A stretch of DNA of 63,546 nt, filler included, from Atractiella rhizophila (Eukaryota): NCBI GenBank assembly GCA_021432655.1. It is 5 parts of 4 records of this genome, joined end to end, with 100 filler letters (N's around TTAATTAATTAA, not from the genome) between each part and the next. Parts side by side here need not be neighbours in the genome. Positions count along the whole stretch, not along the records: positions 6,156 to 36,507 come from MU271678.1; positions 36,608 to 44,709 come from MU271686.1; 3 more parts are not named here. One strand, written 5' to 3'. Position numbers and translations under genes: made by a program. The notes beneath the pieces were generated by a model. It had not been told where the DNA came from, ran no database searches, and saw only the letters and a program-made list of their open reading frames with translations. Below, one piece after another: positions 25,922 to 38,410 of the stretch (within the stretch, counting starts at the first letter, position 1; every line of letters starts with the position of its first letter).

Positions 25922-27885
25922 ATGCCTCCGCGCTCCACCTCGCCCATGGCAGCCTATCGCTCCAAACGGGATTCGACACGGAAACGCGTTCTAGACCGAT
26001 ACACGATCATGGGCTTCATTTCGTCTGGCACATATGGCAGGGTATACAAAGCACGGTGTCGGTACCACGTCCAGACCCCAACTGGCTACTTGGACAACTT
26101 GCCGGAGGACGACGAGGTTGAGAGTGAGGATGAGGAGAATAGGGAGATTAGGGAGATGGAGAGCGGAGAGGATAAGACTCTTGTTGCCATCAAAAAGTTT
26201 AAGCCGGACAGTAGCAAGGAAGGAGAGGTGGCTAATTATACGGGGTTAAGTCAGAGCGCTATCAGGGAAATTATGGTCAGTCCTACTGCTCTTGTGGAGC
26301 AATCGCTTGATGAACCTGCTTTGGGTTGTTGCGTTGGCCATGAAGTTGAACAGAGAGTTGAGCCACATTAACGTCACGACACTCCGTGAGGTGCTGCTGG
26401 AAGACAAGTCGATATACATGGTGTTCGACTATGCAGAACACGACTTTCTTGTGTGTGTCCCTCCCCTGATCCATTCCCACCCATCCCTTCATTTCATTTC
26501 GTCTCTAACCCAATCATTTCTGTTTAAAAGCAAATAATTCACCACCACTCCACCCAACGCACGCATCTGCCCCTCGGAACTCTCAAGAGCCTGTTGTGGC
26601 AATTGGCGAACGGTATCGCTTATTTGCATGACAATTGGGTTATGCATCGGTGCGTATGCCTGTCCCCACTATGCTATGCCTTCTATTTGTTCATCTGTTC
26701 ATATTCAAAGGCGCTGACGAACAAGTGGGTAACAGGGATTTGAAGCCCGCAAACATCCTTGTGAACGCTTCAGGAGTAGTAAAGATTGGCGACTTGGGAC
26801 TTGCTAGGATGCATCAAGCACCTTTACAGTCGTTGTATAATTCGGACAAGCTCGTAGTCACCATTTGGTATAGGAGTCCAGATCTGTTGCTAGGTGAGCA
26901 TTCTGCTATTGCTTTGATCGAGCTGTCGAGGCTGATCCAATACTTGGGTGGACAGGAGCAAAGCATTACACCAATTCAATAGATATGTGGTCGATGGGCT
27001 GCATTATGGGAGAGCTGGTTGGACTGCGGCCGATGTTCAAGGTACACTTGGATGACTTTTCAATGTGAATAATGCTGACGCTTTGCGGGGTGTGGAAAGG
27101 GAGAAGAAGCGAAGCTCGAACCTGTCCACCACGGAAAGCATAACAAGCATCATTCTACTCTTCCGTTTCAAAAGGATCAATTGACCAAGATTTTCGAGAT
27201 TTTGGGAGTGCCAAGCAGTGCGTTTTCTTCTCCATTCTCTCCCCCTCAGATATAGTACTCATACGTGACGTGTGGACAGAATCGCGATGGCCTTCCATCG
27301 TAAACCTTCCAGAGTACGACACGATGCTCAAAACCTTCGACTCTTCGTTCGTTTCCTCTCCCCTTTCCTCCTCATGTGCTGACAATCGACATGGCTGTTG
27401 TTGATGGGGATTAGAAAATACACTAATCAACTCTACGGTTGGTACAATTCCCGACAACCCCGTCCCTCCCAAGCATCCTTCGACTTTCTATCCAACCTAC
27501 TCGCTTACGATCCGACGAAACGACTCACGGCGAAAGAGGCTCTGTACCACAAGTGGTGGTCAGAGGAGCCAAAACCATTGATGAAGTGAGTATCCGTTTC
27601 CCCACATAGCCTCCTCTTCCTCCCCATCAATAATGGACGCGATATTCTAAATTCGTTTATTTGGTCAGCGCCCTCTCGCCATCTTCAATCTACCCTGTCC
27701 GGCGAATAACGCACGACGAATCAGACCCCAAACTTGCACCAGCAACAACTATGCCTCCTGGAGCTCCTCCGCCTGCTGGGAGGAGCGGATTCACGGGAAC
27801 TATGACGGGCACGGGAACCGGGAGCGCTGGGGTGGTCGTTGTTGGGAAAGCAGGCCCGGCCGCGAAGAGGGCGAGGCTGAAGTAG
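25922..27885 (+). CDS. SSN3: Mediator-associated cyclin-dependent kinase CDK8/Srb10
   Basis: [14 protein letters not shown], the CDK8 signature [26 protein letters not shown] and VVTIWYR. Confidence 0.92.
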
Positions 27886-28204
27886 AGAGGATTGTCCAGT
27901 GGATACCTGTTGGCAGGTGATGAGATGGTTGTGGTATGTTGATGAGCTGCGACGTACTGCATTTGGATGATTTGGTGGTATCTACGATGTTGTATTGTAT
28001 TTGCTTGACTCAATTTTTGTTTGTTAACTATACAAAACACAGAACAGGAACGTCAGTCATGGAGTGCAATTCCATCTGATATCAGGTGTACGTCCCTCTA
28101 AACCTACTGTACGGCTACCGTACGCCAGAAAATTTTCTTTTCGCCTTCCTTCAACCAACCAGTTCATCACTGTTTCTTATCCTTTATTTTCTCAGTAACG
28201 CAAG

Positions 28205-30712
28205 ATGGGGAGTCGTCCAAAGAAGGCGGGGACCTCAGGAGCGGTCACGAACTACATAACTCGAACACAGGCGCTGAAACGACTGCAATGCTCTCTTGCA
28301 GACTTTCGTCGGCTCTGTATCATCAAGGGTATCCACCCTCATCAGCCTAACAGCATGAAAAAGTTGAGGGAGAAGAATAGCAAAGCGACCCCAAGTACAA
28401 GCTATTATTATGTCAAAGATGTGCAGGAATTGATTAGGAGCGATCTGCTGAGGGCATTACGGTGAGTCTTTATTTAAGGGGAAGTAGGAATTGTGTGTGC
28501 GAAATGTAGTGTGTTTGTTATAAGCTGTATTTAAAAGGCTCATTTTTGAATGCTGAAGTTGAAGACTTTCATCTTTAGTGTGTAATGGTTCCCCTGAATT
28601 GTTCAGAAGTTTAGAGACCACTCTTCATGGACATTTTGATCATGCTTTTGGCACCAACATTTCATTAAGTAACAAATGGCAAATGGTCGCAGCGTTTTAT
28701 CATGTTCAGCCAGCTGTATAGGCCGTGCCGTTTGCTAATCTAGTGCCTCTACCTCGACAGCTCATTTTGCTCTTCTCTTCGATCATCTATCAACTTGACA
28801 CTGACACACTGATAGGGAAGAAAAGGCGTACGCCAAAAAAATTGCCAAAGCAATCGCACAAGAAAAATGGCTTTCCGCTCAAAATCTCCAAGGACAGAAG
28901 GATGTCAAAGGGGTTAAAGGTTGGCGCTTAGATCTAGTGATCAAGGAGCGGTACCCTACCTTTGCCTCTCTCGTACCTCATCTCTCCGACCCTCTCTCCC
29001 TCCTTTCCCTCTTCGCCGCTCTCCCATCCACCCCCGGTACCACGCGACATTTCGAGGGGAAGGACGGGAAGGGCATTCCGGAACAAGGCGCGAATTTGAC
29101 GGATACCAGTGCACATCCGATTGGAAGCACTAGCAGTGCGGAGAGCTTGAGACTTGTGCAAGAGTTTAAAGCTTGGGCGGTGAGGGAAAAGCGATTGAGG
29201 AAGGTGTTTTTCGGGATCAAAGGTGTTTGGTGGGAAGTTGAAGTCGTGCCGGTGGGCAATGAAGGAGTGCAGAACAAGAAGGAGGGACGAGTGGTATGGT
29301 GCGAGCCTTGGGGATTTGTGCAGAATGTTCGTACCTTCCTTGTCTTCTTAGACATTGCCACACCTGAACAAGTACACGTATGATGGGCGTAGATTCCATC
29401 AGATATTGATTTTCGCATAATGGCCACCTTTCTCGAATTCTATCAAACCCTCCTCGGCTTCTCACTCTACAAGCTGTACAACGACGTCAATCTCATTTAT
29501 CCGCCAAAGGTGGACATGGAGAAGGATGGTGGTGTGTTGGGAGGGAGCGAGATTGTGCAGTTGGAGGAAAAAGAGAAGCTTTTACTTCAGTTAGGGGAAA
29601 AGGGGGAGGTCGTAAAGGTAAAATCTGGGGATGTGAATCGAGGCATCAAGGAAGTGACGGAGGCACATAAAGGTGATGCAGCTGTGCCAGTGGAGGTTGA
29701 CCGCACAGGTGGGGCAGCTGAAGGGGCATCGGAGAAGGAAGCGGTAGCAGTTGATTTCCCCTTACCTCCTGCCGAAGGGAAGGAAGGTGAAACGAACGAA
29801 CCACCACCTCCGAGCGAAGCGAATACCAACCTCTTCTCCCAGTATACCTTCTACCTCGACCGATCGGTGCCTCTCCCCGTCCTTTCTTTCCTCATTCGCG
29901 CCTTTTCAGGTCGTGTCCTCCTCCCTTCCTCAAATCCTACCCCACCTCCATCCATTACGCACTATGTCGTGGACCGCCCCAACTTCACTCCTCCCCCTAG
30001 CCTGAAGGATGCTAAGGTAGCTTATGTGCAGCCCCAATGGGTTGCGGATAGTGTAAATAGAGCCACAGTGCTCCCTACGGAGATGTATGCCCCTGGAGCG
30101 GAGCTACCTTCCCATCTTAGTCCATGGGTGGATACAGAAGCAGAGCGGAAGAGGGGAGCGTATGTGCCCGAGGAGGCATTGAAGGAGATAGGGGAGAGTC
30201 GTCGGGAAGAGGAACTTAGCGAGAGTGAAGACGACGAAGAGGCTGAGGAACGGGAAGGGATGGAACTGGATGACGCAGAAGATGGGGAGCAAGCAGAGTC
30301 GTCAGAGGAGGACGTGGACCAGCCGAAAGCGACTCAGAAAGGCAAGAAACGGTCGTTACATGAGGAGGCAGATGAAGATCAGGGTGGACGCGCAGCTGAA
30401 CTCGCTGCTGAGCGGAAAGGCCTCTCATACTCAAAATATGCTGAGGCGGCACATGGGAACCCCTCGAAGAAGCGGAAGCTGGAGAAAGACCAAAAAGCGA
30501 AGCGGAAGGCTCAAGAAGAAGCAGATAAGGAAGAGCAGAGAAAACAGGCCGAAGGTTTGCTAGAGGGGAAACAGAAGAAGAGGTTATACAGAAAGCTGAA
30601 ATTTACGGAAGGGAAAGAGAAGGTCAAGAAGGAGAGATTGGAGAAGAAGAAGAGCGAGTTGAAGAAGGCTGCGAAGCAGGAAAGAGGGAAGAAGAGACCG
30701 AGGGAGGACTAG
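28205..30712 (+). CDS. NOP7: Pescadillo/Nop7 (60S biogenesis, BRCT domain), 3 exons
   Basis: NYITRTQALKRLQCSLADFRRLCIIKGI, IKERYPTF, MATFLEFYQTLLGF and YVQPQWVADSVN. First intron 28462..28815. Confidence 0.93.
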
Positions 30713-30841
30713 CTTTTCCAAGCTGCAGGCATTGTTTCGGATTGCGTGGCATTTACACGTTGTTCACTTAGCTCATTATCACGGATGTTCTCATGTAGCA
30801 TGCCTGGGAATGTGAAAATTACTTTTGATTACACTATCCGT

Positions 30842-33800
30842 CTAGTTGCCAAAATCGTATTCAAATGGCTCAGGCATCTCGGCTATGTCTCCTTGCAAAT
30901 GCCTTGTATCATCCACGTCGTCTCTACCAGGGGGTCCGCCCTGAACACCATCCATAGCTTGATCTTGATTGGCAGCGGGTGGAGCAGCAGCAGTTTGGAA
31001 ATCGATAAATTCGATCGGCTCGTCTGGTTTCTCATCGCGAACCACCAAGATTCCTGCGCTCCTAACTGTGTAATATTGCGCATCCGCCGCCCCACTCCGT
31101 TTTTGGAGAAGAGTCGATTTTTCTGGGTGAAGGGAGTCAGAGGAGGATGCCGGTCGAATATTGGAGAGGCTGGCTTGGACTGGTACAAAGCGAGAGGAGA
31201 TGGAGAAGCGAATATGAGGAACTTGTCCTGGTGTTACTCGAGACAAATTCTGTAGGCTCTCGTATGAAGGTTCTGCGGCTTTCTTGCCCTTCGTCTCTTC
31301 AGATTCCTTGTCCTTTTCGTTTGACTCCGGCTCATCAACTTTCATGGCATCGTCTTTCTCGGTAGAGATCTTCATCTCCTTCTCATCCTATGTAGAAATG
31401 GACATGAGAGGAGGCTTGTGGCAGGGGTAAGAAACATACCGTATCCATTGAATCCTTCTCTTTCTCCTTCTCCTTCGCTTTCGCCCTTGCCTGTGCTTTG
31501 GCTGTCGTTGAAAGAACAGCAGTCGCAACCTTCTCTACAGCCTCCTTAGTTGGTGGCTTCGTCGGAACAGGATATGCGAATGCTGAAGGCTTGATGTTCG
31601 ACGTAACCTCAAACTTGGGCACCTAAACCAAGAATTACTAGATGTCGATATCAAGAAAATGGTTAGCTTGCCTTGAGATGACGGTCAACACCAATGATAG
31701 CTGTCGGGGAGAATGCCAAGCTGATCATATGTCCCAGTGGGAACCAATACCAAAACTGGCAGAACATTGCCATTCCAACAACGGCTTGCATGTTCAAACT
31801 TCCGGTTTTGCTCTGCAGCGAAATAGTGACATTCCGTCCGCCAGCATCAATCAAGCCTTGGGAGATAGCTGCACCGAATTTAGCCATCGGATCTTCATGC
31901 TTGTCCTTGATGATCTTGGTGAAGGTTGCCCGTGCAGTAACGTAGCTGGGAAGAGTCTCGTTGCGTTGAATGAGGATCATGGAAAGAGCGATACATGCTC
32001 CTTGACGAACGTAATCGACTGGATCCTTAGTCATTGGGAGGAGGAGAGAAATGGCGTCCTGTTCATCCAATCCCATTCATGGTCAGCAACAGCAGCGCCG
32101 TACAGACGTTAAGCTAACCTCTAATCCAGTCCCAGCGCAAGCAATACCCAGAGCTAAGCTGGCACCATATCGGACATGAGGATTGTAGCTCTCGCTGAGC
32201 AGCTGTACCACTCGTGGTACCTGAGGTATAATGTCAGCTTCGGTCAGGGTTACTCTGTAGGCAGCTCACCTGCGACGGATTCCTAAATAGCAGGAACCCC
32301 AAGCTAGTAACAGCCGCTCGCCGCACATCGTCGTTAACATCCGAGACAGCGACATGAAGGAGCCGCTTGATAGCGCCGTTGTCCCCGGTCCCAGCATAAG
32401 CCAATGCCACGGTCCAGACGCCTCCATATCGTAAAATAGGATCCTACAAACTTGATCAAGCAATGGTTAGAAGAGCCAAAGAGCGAGGTACCTTCTCTCC
32501 TAACAAGGTTTCAATCATGCCTTCTGCCTCCTCCCTCTTTCCGTACCAGACCATTGCCAGCCCCATAGCCAAACCTCGAATGATCTTCTCATGCTGAGTT
32601 TCACGAGCATAACCCAACATCTCGTTCACCACCTTTCCTTCTTCACCATCTTCACCTTTCACTCCGCCTTTTCCCAACATGACCAATCCCATCGCATAGC
32701 CTGCAGCTTCACCAGCAACTGCGTCATCAGAGAAAAGGACAACTTTAAGATCTTCGTAGACCTCCCACGATCCCGAAGAGAGGTGCGCGACGCCCAGTCC
32801 AAGTGCGGCACCATGTTGAATCGTTGGTGAAGCGCCGAAAGAACGGAGGACTCGAAGAAGGAATCCTGTGACTTCAGCTTCTGGATGATTGGCGTGGACG
32901 AGTCCGAGGGCGAAGCAGGCACCTCCTTCGCTGTACTCAGACCCACCTGAACCACCCGGTGCGCTTCCGTCTGCAGATGGAAGGTACGGTCGAAGGACGC
33001 TCATCGCGCCTTGGAGATTTCCTCGATGAATGACCCCCAGAGCGGTGGTAGCGGTGAACTTTGACCAGTTCGACGCACGGGCGAGCCAGTCCAGATTCTC
33101 TCTCAGGAACTGATCTGATGTCGTTCCAGAATGAGCAAAGGCGTTCGCGAACGACATCGCAGAGTGGTAAACCGAGTTGCGCAATTCTAACGACTCCTTG
33201 ATATTCTTCAATATCAGCAAGTCCGCCTTGTTATTTCGGACCAGGAACTCGAGTTGAAATCGTGTCGACACTTCACCAGTCAGAATCTTCATTACTCGTT
33301 CCATGTCTTCTGGATCAGCCGAGTAAGACGATTCGGAGGTGAGAGAGGTACGGATATCAGCGATAAAGTCTTGTGAACCTGTGGACGAGAGGTCGAACGC
33401 TATTTGATAAGCCATGAGGACGTCAGAAGGAGTTGGGGAGGACAAGAGCTTGAGCAAAAGCTGAGAGGAGGATCCGCTAGCTGATAGGAGGACGAAGCAA
33501 CGAGTGATGGAAAAATAATCTGGAGTCGCGAGGGTCGAGAAAAGTGAAATCAAAAGGTTCAAGACCTAACCACCAGTCAGCTATTACTGCTAGAAATAAA
33601 GAAAGAAAGGCGTACCTGTTCTCTCCACTCCGCCTCCCTCTTACCTCCCCCTTCTCCTCCCATAGCTATGGCGTCGAGGACGTACTCCAGCAAACTAGAA
33701 TCCTTGGAAAGCTTGAAAGCTTTCTGTAAGACATCCAGCCGCTTCGAATCCAGAGCGAGGCCGATCGCCTGTTTGTACTCCCCGTCGTCTAGGCACGTCT

Positions 33801-34900
33801 GAAAGATGGTCTCGATAATGTTCAGCAGCCGGGTATCCTCTTCTTTAGGCGGTTCTTTGGCATTGCGGATGGAGATGTATTGGTCGATACAGGTAGCTAA
33901 AGGGACACATTAGCCTTTCTTCGGCATAGAGAGCAGGGAGGTCGAAGATGCAATGCCGACTTGCTTGTTATAATGTTTCATATTGAAGGTGAACCTCAAA
34001 GTTCACGATGTCAGACACAGACATGGGTTCAACCGAGAGGAGCACAAATGGACCATCACCATAGTGCACACAGGAAATATCTCAAAGTGAGATTTGTCTC
34101 ACGCCTTGATTGGGTGAAAATTATGTAACAGTATCCTTGAGGGTCCCTTTCAGTCACCTCTGGAACTAGCATCTTTGCCATCGAGGCCTCAGAGCTACTG
34201 GGAGTATTATGGATTATAGAGCAGCTTCATGACGTGCGTTTTTAACAGCCAAAGAGTCTATCCTCCTGCCACATCATCCGCGACCAATGGACAAGTGGAA
34301 AGCCTGAGTGATTTCTCTTTCAGTTTCCTCTAAGGGAGAAATATTGCCAGACAACATCCTGGCTCCAGGCAGGTGTACGTTCAACAAGGATTCAAATTCT
34401 CTCTTCAGAACAACACTCATCAAACCCTCTCTCTCTCCAACAATAGAAAAGAGCAGTAATGGAAAGGAAAAAGGAAGAACGCACCGACGACGGCCTCGAC
34501 CCATTCGTCACCTCCACTCTGAAACTTTGCCTTTCCAAACCCCCAAATCTCCTCTCCAGCCCCCAGTGCGAACTCAAGCGCCTCCGTCTGGTTCCCCAGG
34601 TGCCAATGTACGCGGGAGAGGATGGTAGCAGCGAGGCGACGGTCTTTTTCTGACGGGCTGCTCTCGTATATGATTTCCAACTGTCCAACCAACCGCTCCA
34701 GTCAGCAGGAACTCCACAAGGATATGTGTTTAGGAGGGAAGAATGGCTTCGCTTACGCGTGAGAGGGAGTTGGAGATCTCGAACCAGAAGAGGTCGACGA
34801 CGGTGGAGAGCGTCGTGAGCGCGTGGGTGACGAGTGTTGGAGTTGGTTCGTCGAGGAGAGAGAGAAGGCCGAGGGAAGAGGTCAGCGCTGGTGGCGACAT
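30842..34900 (-). CDS. RPN2: 26S proteasome regulatory subunit Rpn2
   Basis: [42 protein letters not shown] and [14 protein letters not shown]. Long intron 33897..34484 and GC-AG intron 31623..31671. Confidence 0.95.
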
Positions 34901-35128
34901 GTTATGCTTCCTATGGAGCGTGTTGAGGATATGCAGGTGCTGGACAATGGAATGAGAAGAGTTAGTCGTTCAAAGTTGCTGTGAGATTTGGAGACGCGTA
35001 ACTATTCGTGAAATCCCCTTCTTCTTTGTTCACACATCTTTCACTTGCATTTCATTGCTCCAAAATCACAAACAATCACCAGAACGCGACCTTCGCACAG
35101 ACGACGATCACCACCACCGTCAATCGCC

Positions 35129-36507
35129 ATGTCCCTCACGCCCCAACTGCTCTCCACCCACCTCCTCGCCTCCCTCTCCCCCTCCCGTCCCGTCCGCCAA
35201 GCAGCCGAAACCGCGCTCTCCCAGCTTCGCGCCGCACCAGGAAACGTCGACGTCTTCCCTGGCGTCCTCATCGGCCTCGTAACGGATGCGGGCGTGGATA
35301 GGAGCGTCAGGACTGCGGCGGCGGTTTATTGGAAGAATGGGTGCGCGGGTTGGTGGGGTGTGAGTTTGTTTTTTGTCTCGTTTTTGTTGCGGTTTGCAGA
35401 AGACGCGTGGGGTTGTGTGATGTGGATTCCACGGAGTGGGAAGCGGAATGCTGAAGATGAAGAGGTTGTCGATGGTTGGGAGAGGTGGAGGACGATGGAG
35501 GAACGCGTTGGAAGTGGATCAATGGCATGATGCTTGCCATGACATTTTGCTGCCGCTCTATTCTATGCAGATGATGAAGAGTGTTGATCCACCCGCAACG
35601 CTTGTGCGATCTGTTTAGCGCACGTCTTGGCTCATTATCTCTTTCTTCTCCTTTTTATCGTGTGTGCCACGATGATCATCCAGTCACTGTTCCCTGGGTT
35701 GTACTCGACCTGTGTCAAGTTGGGGCGGAGAAGGAGCAGATCCAGCCGATTCCATCCTGCGCAATAGCGCAAATAAAAGACGCTGGAGGCTCCACCTCTG
35801 CATCAACGGTGATTGCGCCTCGCAGATTTGTTAAATACAATCTTTTCAGAAAGATCCGTCTCCCACTGTTTGGTTTCTTCTCTTCTGGCTGCAACAACCT
35901 CACCAAGTACTATAACCGTCTTATTTAAGCCAGATCCAACACGCGTACCAACGAATTTACATTGGCTCACCTACTAACCCCTCTTGCTTCAGGCTGACGA
36001 TGAAGTCTCCACCTCATCCAACATCCCGGCCTTGCAAGAACAAACGAAAGATACGATCAAGCAGCAGCTAGTACAGATCATGATCTCCCTTGGCGATCAA
36101 CCATCGCTTCAATCCCAAGTCGCGGAAGCAGTCGCCCGCATTGCTCAATATGACTTCCCCGAAAAGTGGATGACGCTTCCAGATGTGAGACTCTTCTTTC
36201 TATTAAAAACGTGTCGTAATCTCATCGTGTACAGCAACTTACGGCGGCGTTGTCTCCCACTTCTTTCGAACAAACCAATGCCGTGCTCTCACTTGCACAC
36301 TCCATATTCCGACGGTGAGTCCTGCGCCTTGTTCGGGATTCACGGTGGGGATGCTGAGATGTTAATGTAGATGGCGTTCTCAGTTTCGCACAGATAAGCT
36401 GTTCCTCGAGATTAAGTTCGTATTGGAGAAATTCTGTCCGCCTTATCTCGAAGTCTTCAAGGTAATATCTCTTCTCACATCCCTGTTAGTGTTTGTTCAC
36501 ACTAACG
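35129..36507 (+). CDS. CSE1: Exportin-2 / Cse1 (importin-alpha export receptor), 5' part, cut by scaffold end
   Basis: Importin-beta N-terminal domain (VRQAAETAL...AAAVYWKN), IAQYDFPEKW, and the Cse1-type AHSIFRRWRSQFRTDKLFLEIKFVL. Intron 35360..35992. Confidence 0.88.
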
Positions 36508-36607
36508 NNNNNNNNNNNNNNNNNNNNNNNNNNNNNNNNNNNNNNNNNNNNTTAATTAATTAANNNNNNNNNNNNNNNNNNNNNNNNNNNNNNNNNNNNN
36601 NNNNNNN
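36508..36607. other. Artificial scaffold-concatenation linker
   Basis: N44-TTAATTAATTAA-N44. Confidence 0.97.
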
Positions 36608-36864
36608 TCCCAAGAGATAATAAAATTACCGCAGATTTGGAGCACAATAACCGGTAACAGTAACCTCGATATTATTCGCGTCAAGGTAAGCGACTATGTC
36701 ATTTGCACATTAGTCCACGGCGGAAAGGGGTATTCAGAGTCCTTACAGATACAGAGTGATCCAATCCCAGTGCAAATAGTTCCTCCAACGTCGAAGACAG
36801 CAAGAGCAGGAGCGAAAAGAGTGAGCAAAAGAGCGGAGAAGAGAAAACAATGATGGGTTGGCAT
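36608..36864 (-). CDS. Putative secreted protein, 5' part, cut by scaffold end
   Basis: MPTHHCFLFSALLLTLFAPALA/VFDVGGTICTGIGSL-FAYLDANNIEVTVTGYCAPNL: hydrophobic signal peptide with an A-x-A cleavage site and an in-frame GT-AG intron with CTAAT branch. Not in the ORF track. Confidence 0.6.
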
Positions 36865-37357
36865 TTTTACGTTGTTGAAGGAGCGAAGGACTGGTCGGCG
36901 TCAAATATGGATCAAGGCTAGAGAGAATAGTTCGATGATGCTATGAAAGAGACGTAGGTTTTTTATATGTCCTCATACTGGAGACATGTCAATCCGATGG
37001 GCAATATTCTGGAATCGACATATCCCAAAACAAGGACAATGTCAGGTTTCCAGCCTGTAAACTGGAAGTGCGTTGTCTCTAATCATGATAAGAATCGGTT
37101 CAACAGTATGTAAACCTTCTCTTGCCAACGGTACAAGAGGCCTTGGGAGTGATAACGAGGAGTTACTACGAGTACTAGATGAAAGTCAAAGATGTGTTTC
37201 TGTAGGCGTCGCATTTGCGACAGCAAGCGGATTCGAACGGAAAAACAGAATCTAAGATAGAAGTATAAAGCTTGTCATAGCTACACAGTTTTCAGCTAGC
37301 GCCAGAGCCAAATGTAGCTGAACTCTGCCCATATGTGGTGTTTGTTGTCCCTCACTC

Positions 37358-38410
37358 GCAAGCTTCAAGTTCGGCATGCGATGACAGGAATTACCAATTC
37401 ACCTCCACAAGCACCACCACTTCTGGTCATTTCGGCCTGTCTTCCTCCATAAAAGCGACTGAGATTGCGAGCTGTTAATACCATAATACGCGAAGCTGTG
37501 AAGTCAAGATGGAGTTGGCGAAACCCAACGTTAAAGTGCCTTATGTTCGCCTCGGAAATTCAGGCTTGAAAGTCTCAAAACTGATCTTAGGTCAATTATA
37601 CCCTGCTTTGTCACAAAAAGGGCATCTCTCATGAGATAAACATCAATAGGCATGATGTCTTACGGCTCGAGCAAATGGCAGGACTGGGTATTGGACGAGG
37701 AACAGTCCTTTCAACACATCAAGTATGCTTACGACTCTGGAATTAACACTTTCGACACTGCTAACATGTTAGTCACACACTTCTTCTTACGCTTTGGCTA
37801 AATAATGTAAAAGGTATTCTAATGGAGAGAGTGAAGTAGTGCTGGGGAATGCTTTAAAGCACTTCAAAATTCCTAGGGAGAAAAGCAAGCTTCAAGTTCG
37901 GCATGCGATGACAGGAATTACCAATTCACCTCCACAAGCACCACCACTTCTGGTCATTTCGGCCTGTCTTCCTCCATAAAAGCGACTGAGATTGCGAGCT
38001 GTTAATACCATAATACGCGAAGCTGTGAAGTCAAGATGGAGTTGGCGAAACCCAACGTTAAAGTGCCTTATGTTCGCCTCGGAAATTCAGGCTTGAAAGT
38101 CTCAAAACTGATCTTAGGTCAATTATACCCTGCTTTGTCACAAAAAGGGCATCTCTCATGAGATAAACATCAATAGGCATGATGTCTTACGGCTCGAGCA
38201 AATGGCAGGACTGGGTATTGGACGAGGAACAGTCCTTTCAACACATCAAGTATGCTTACGACTCTGGAATTAACACTTTCGACACTGCTAACATGTTAGT
38301 CACACACTTCTTCTTACGCTTTGGCTAAATAATGTAAAAGGTATTCTAATGGAGAGAGTGAAGTAGTGCTGGGGAATGCTTTAAAGCACTTCAAAATTCC
38401 TAGGGAGAAA
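37358..38410 (+). repeat. Head-to-tail tandem duplication of 526 bp (AKR upstream region + first three exons)
   Basis: 37358..37883 is repeated at 37885..38410 (period 527), identical by eye, with one extra A at the junction. Confidence 0.95.
37509..37884 (+). pseudogene. Truncated 5' copy of the aldo-keto reductase gene
   Basis: Same ATG and exons as 38036 onward, broken at IPREK by the duplication junction. Confidence 0.7.

Noticed and set aside
35565..35700. ATGATGA (C-box-like) in the CSE1 long intron
   Set aside because: No properly spaced CTGA D box or terminal stem, so no snoRNA call.
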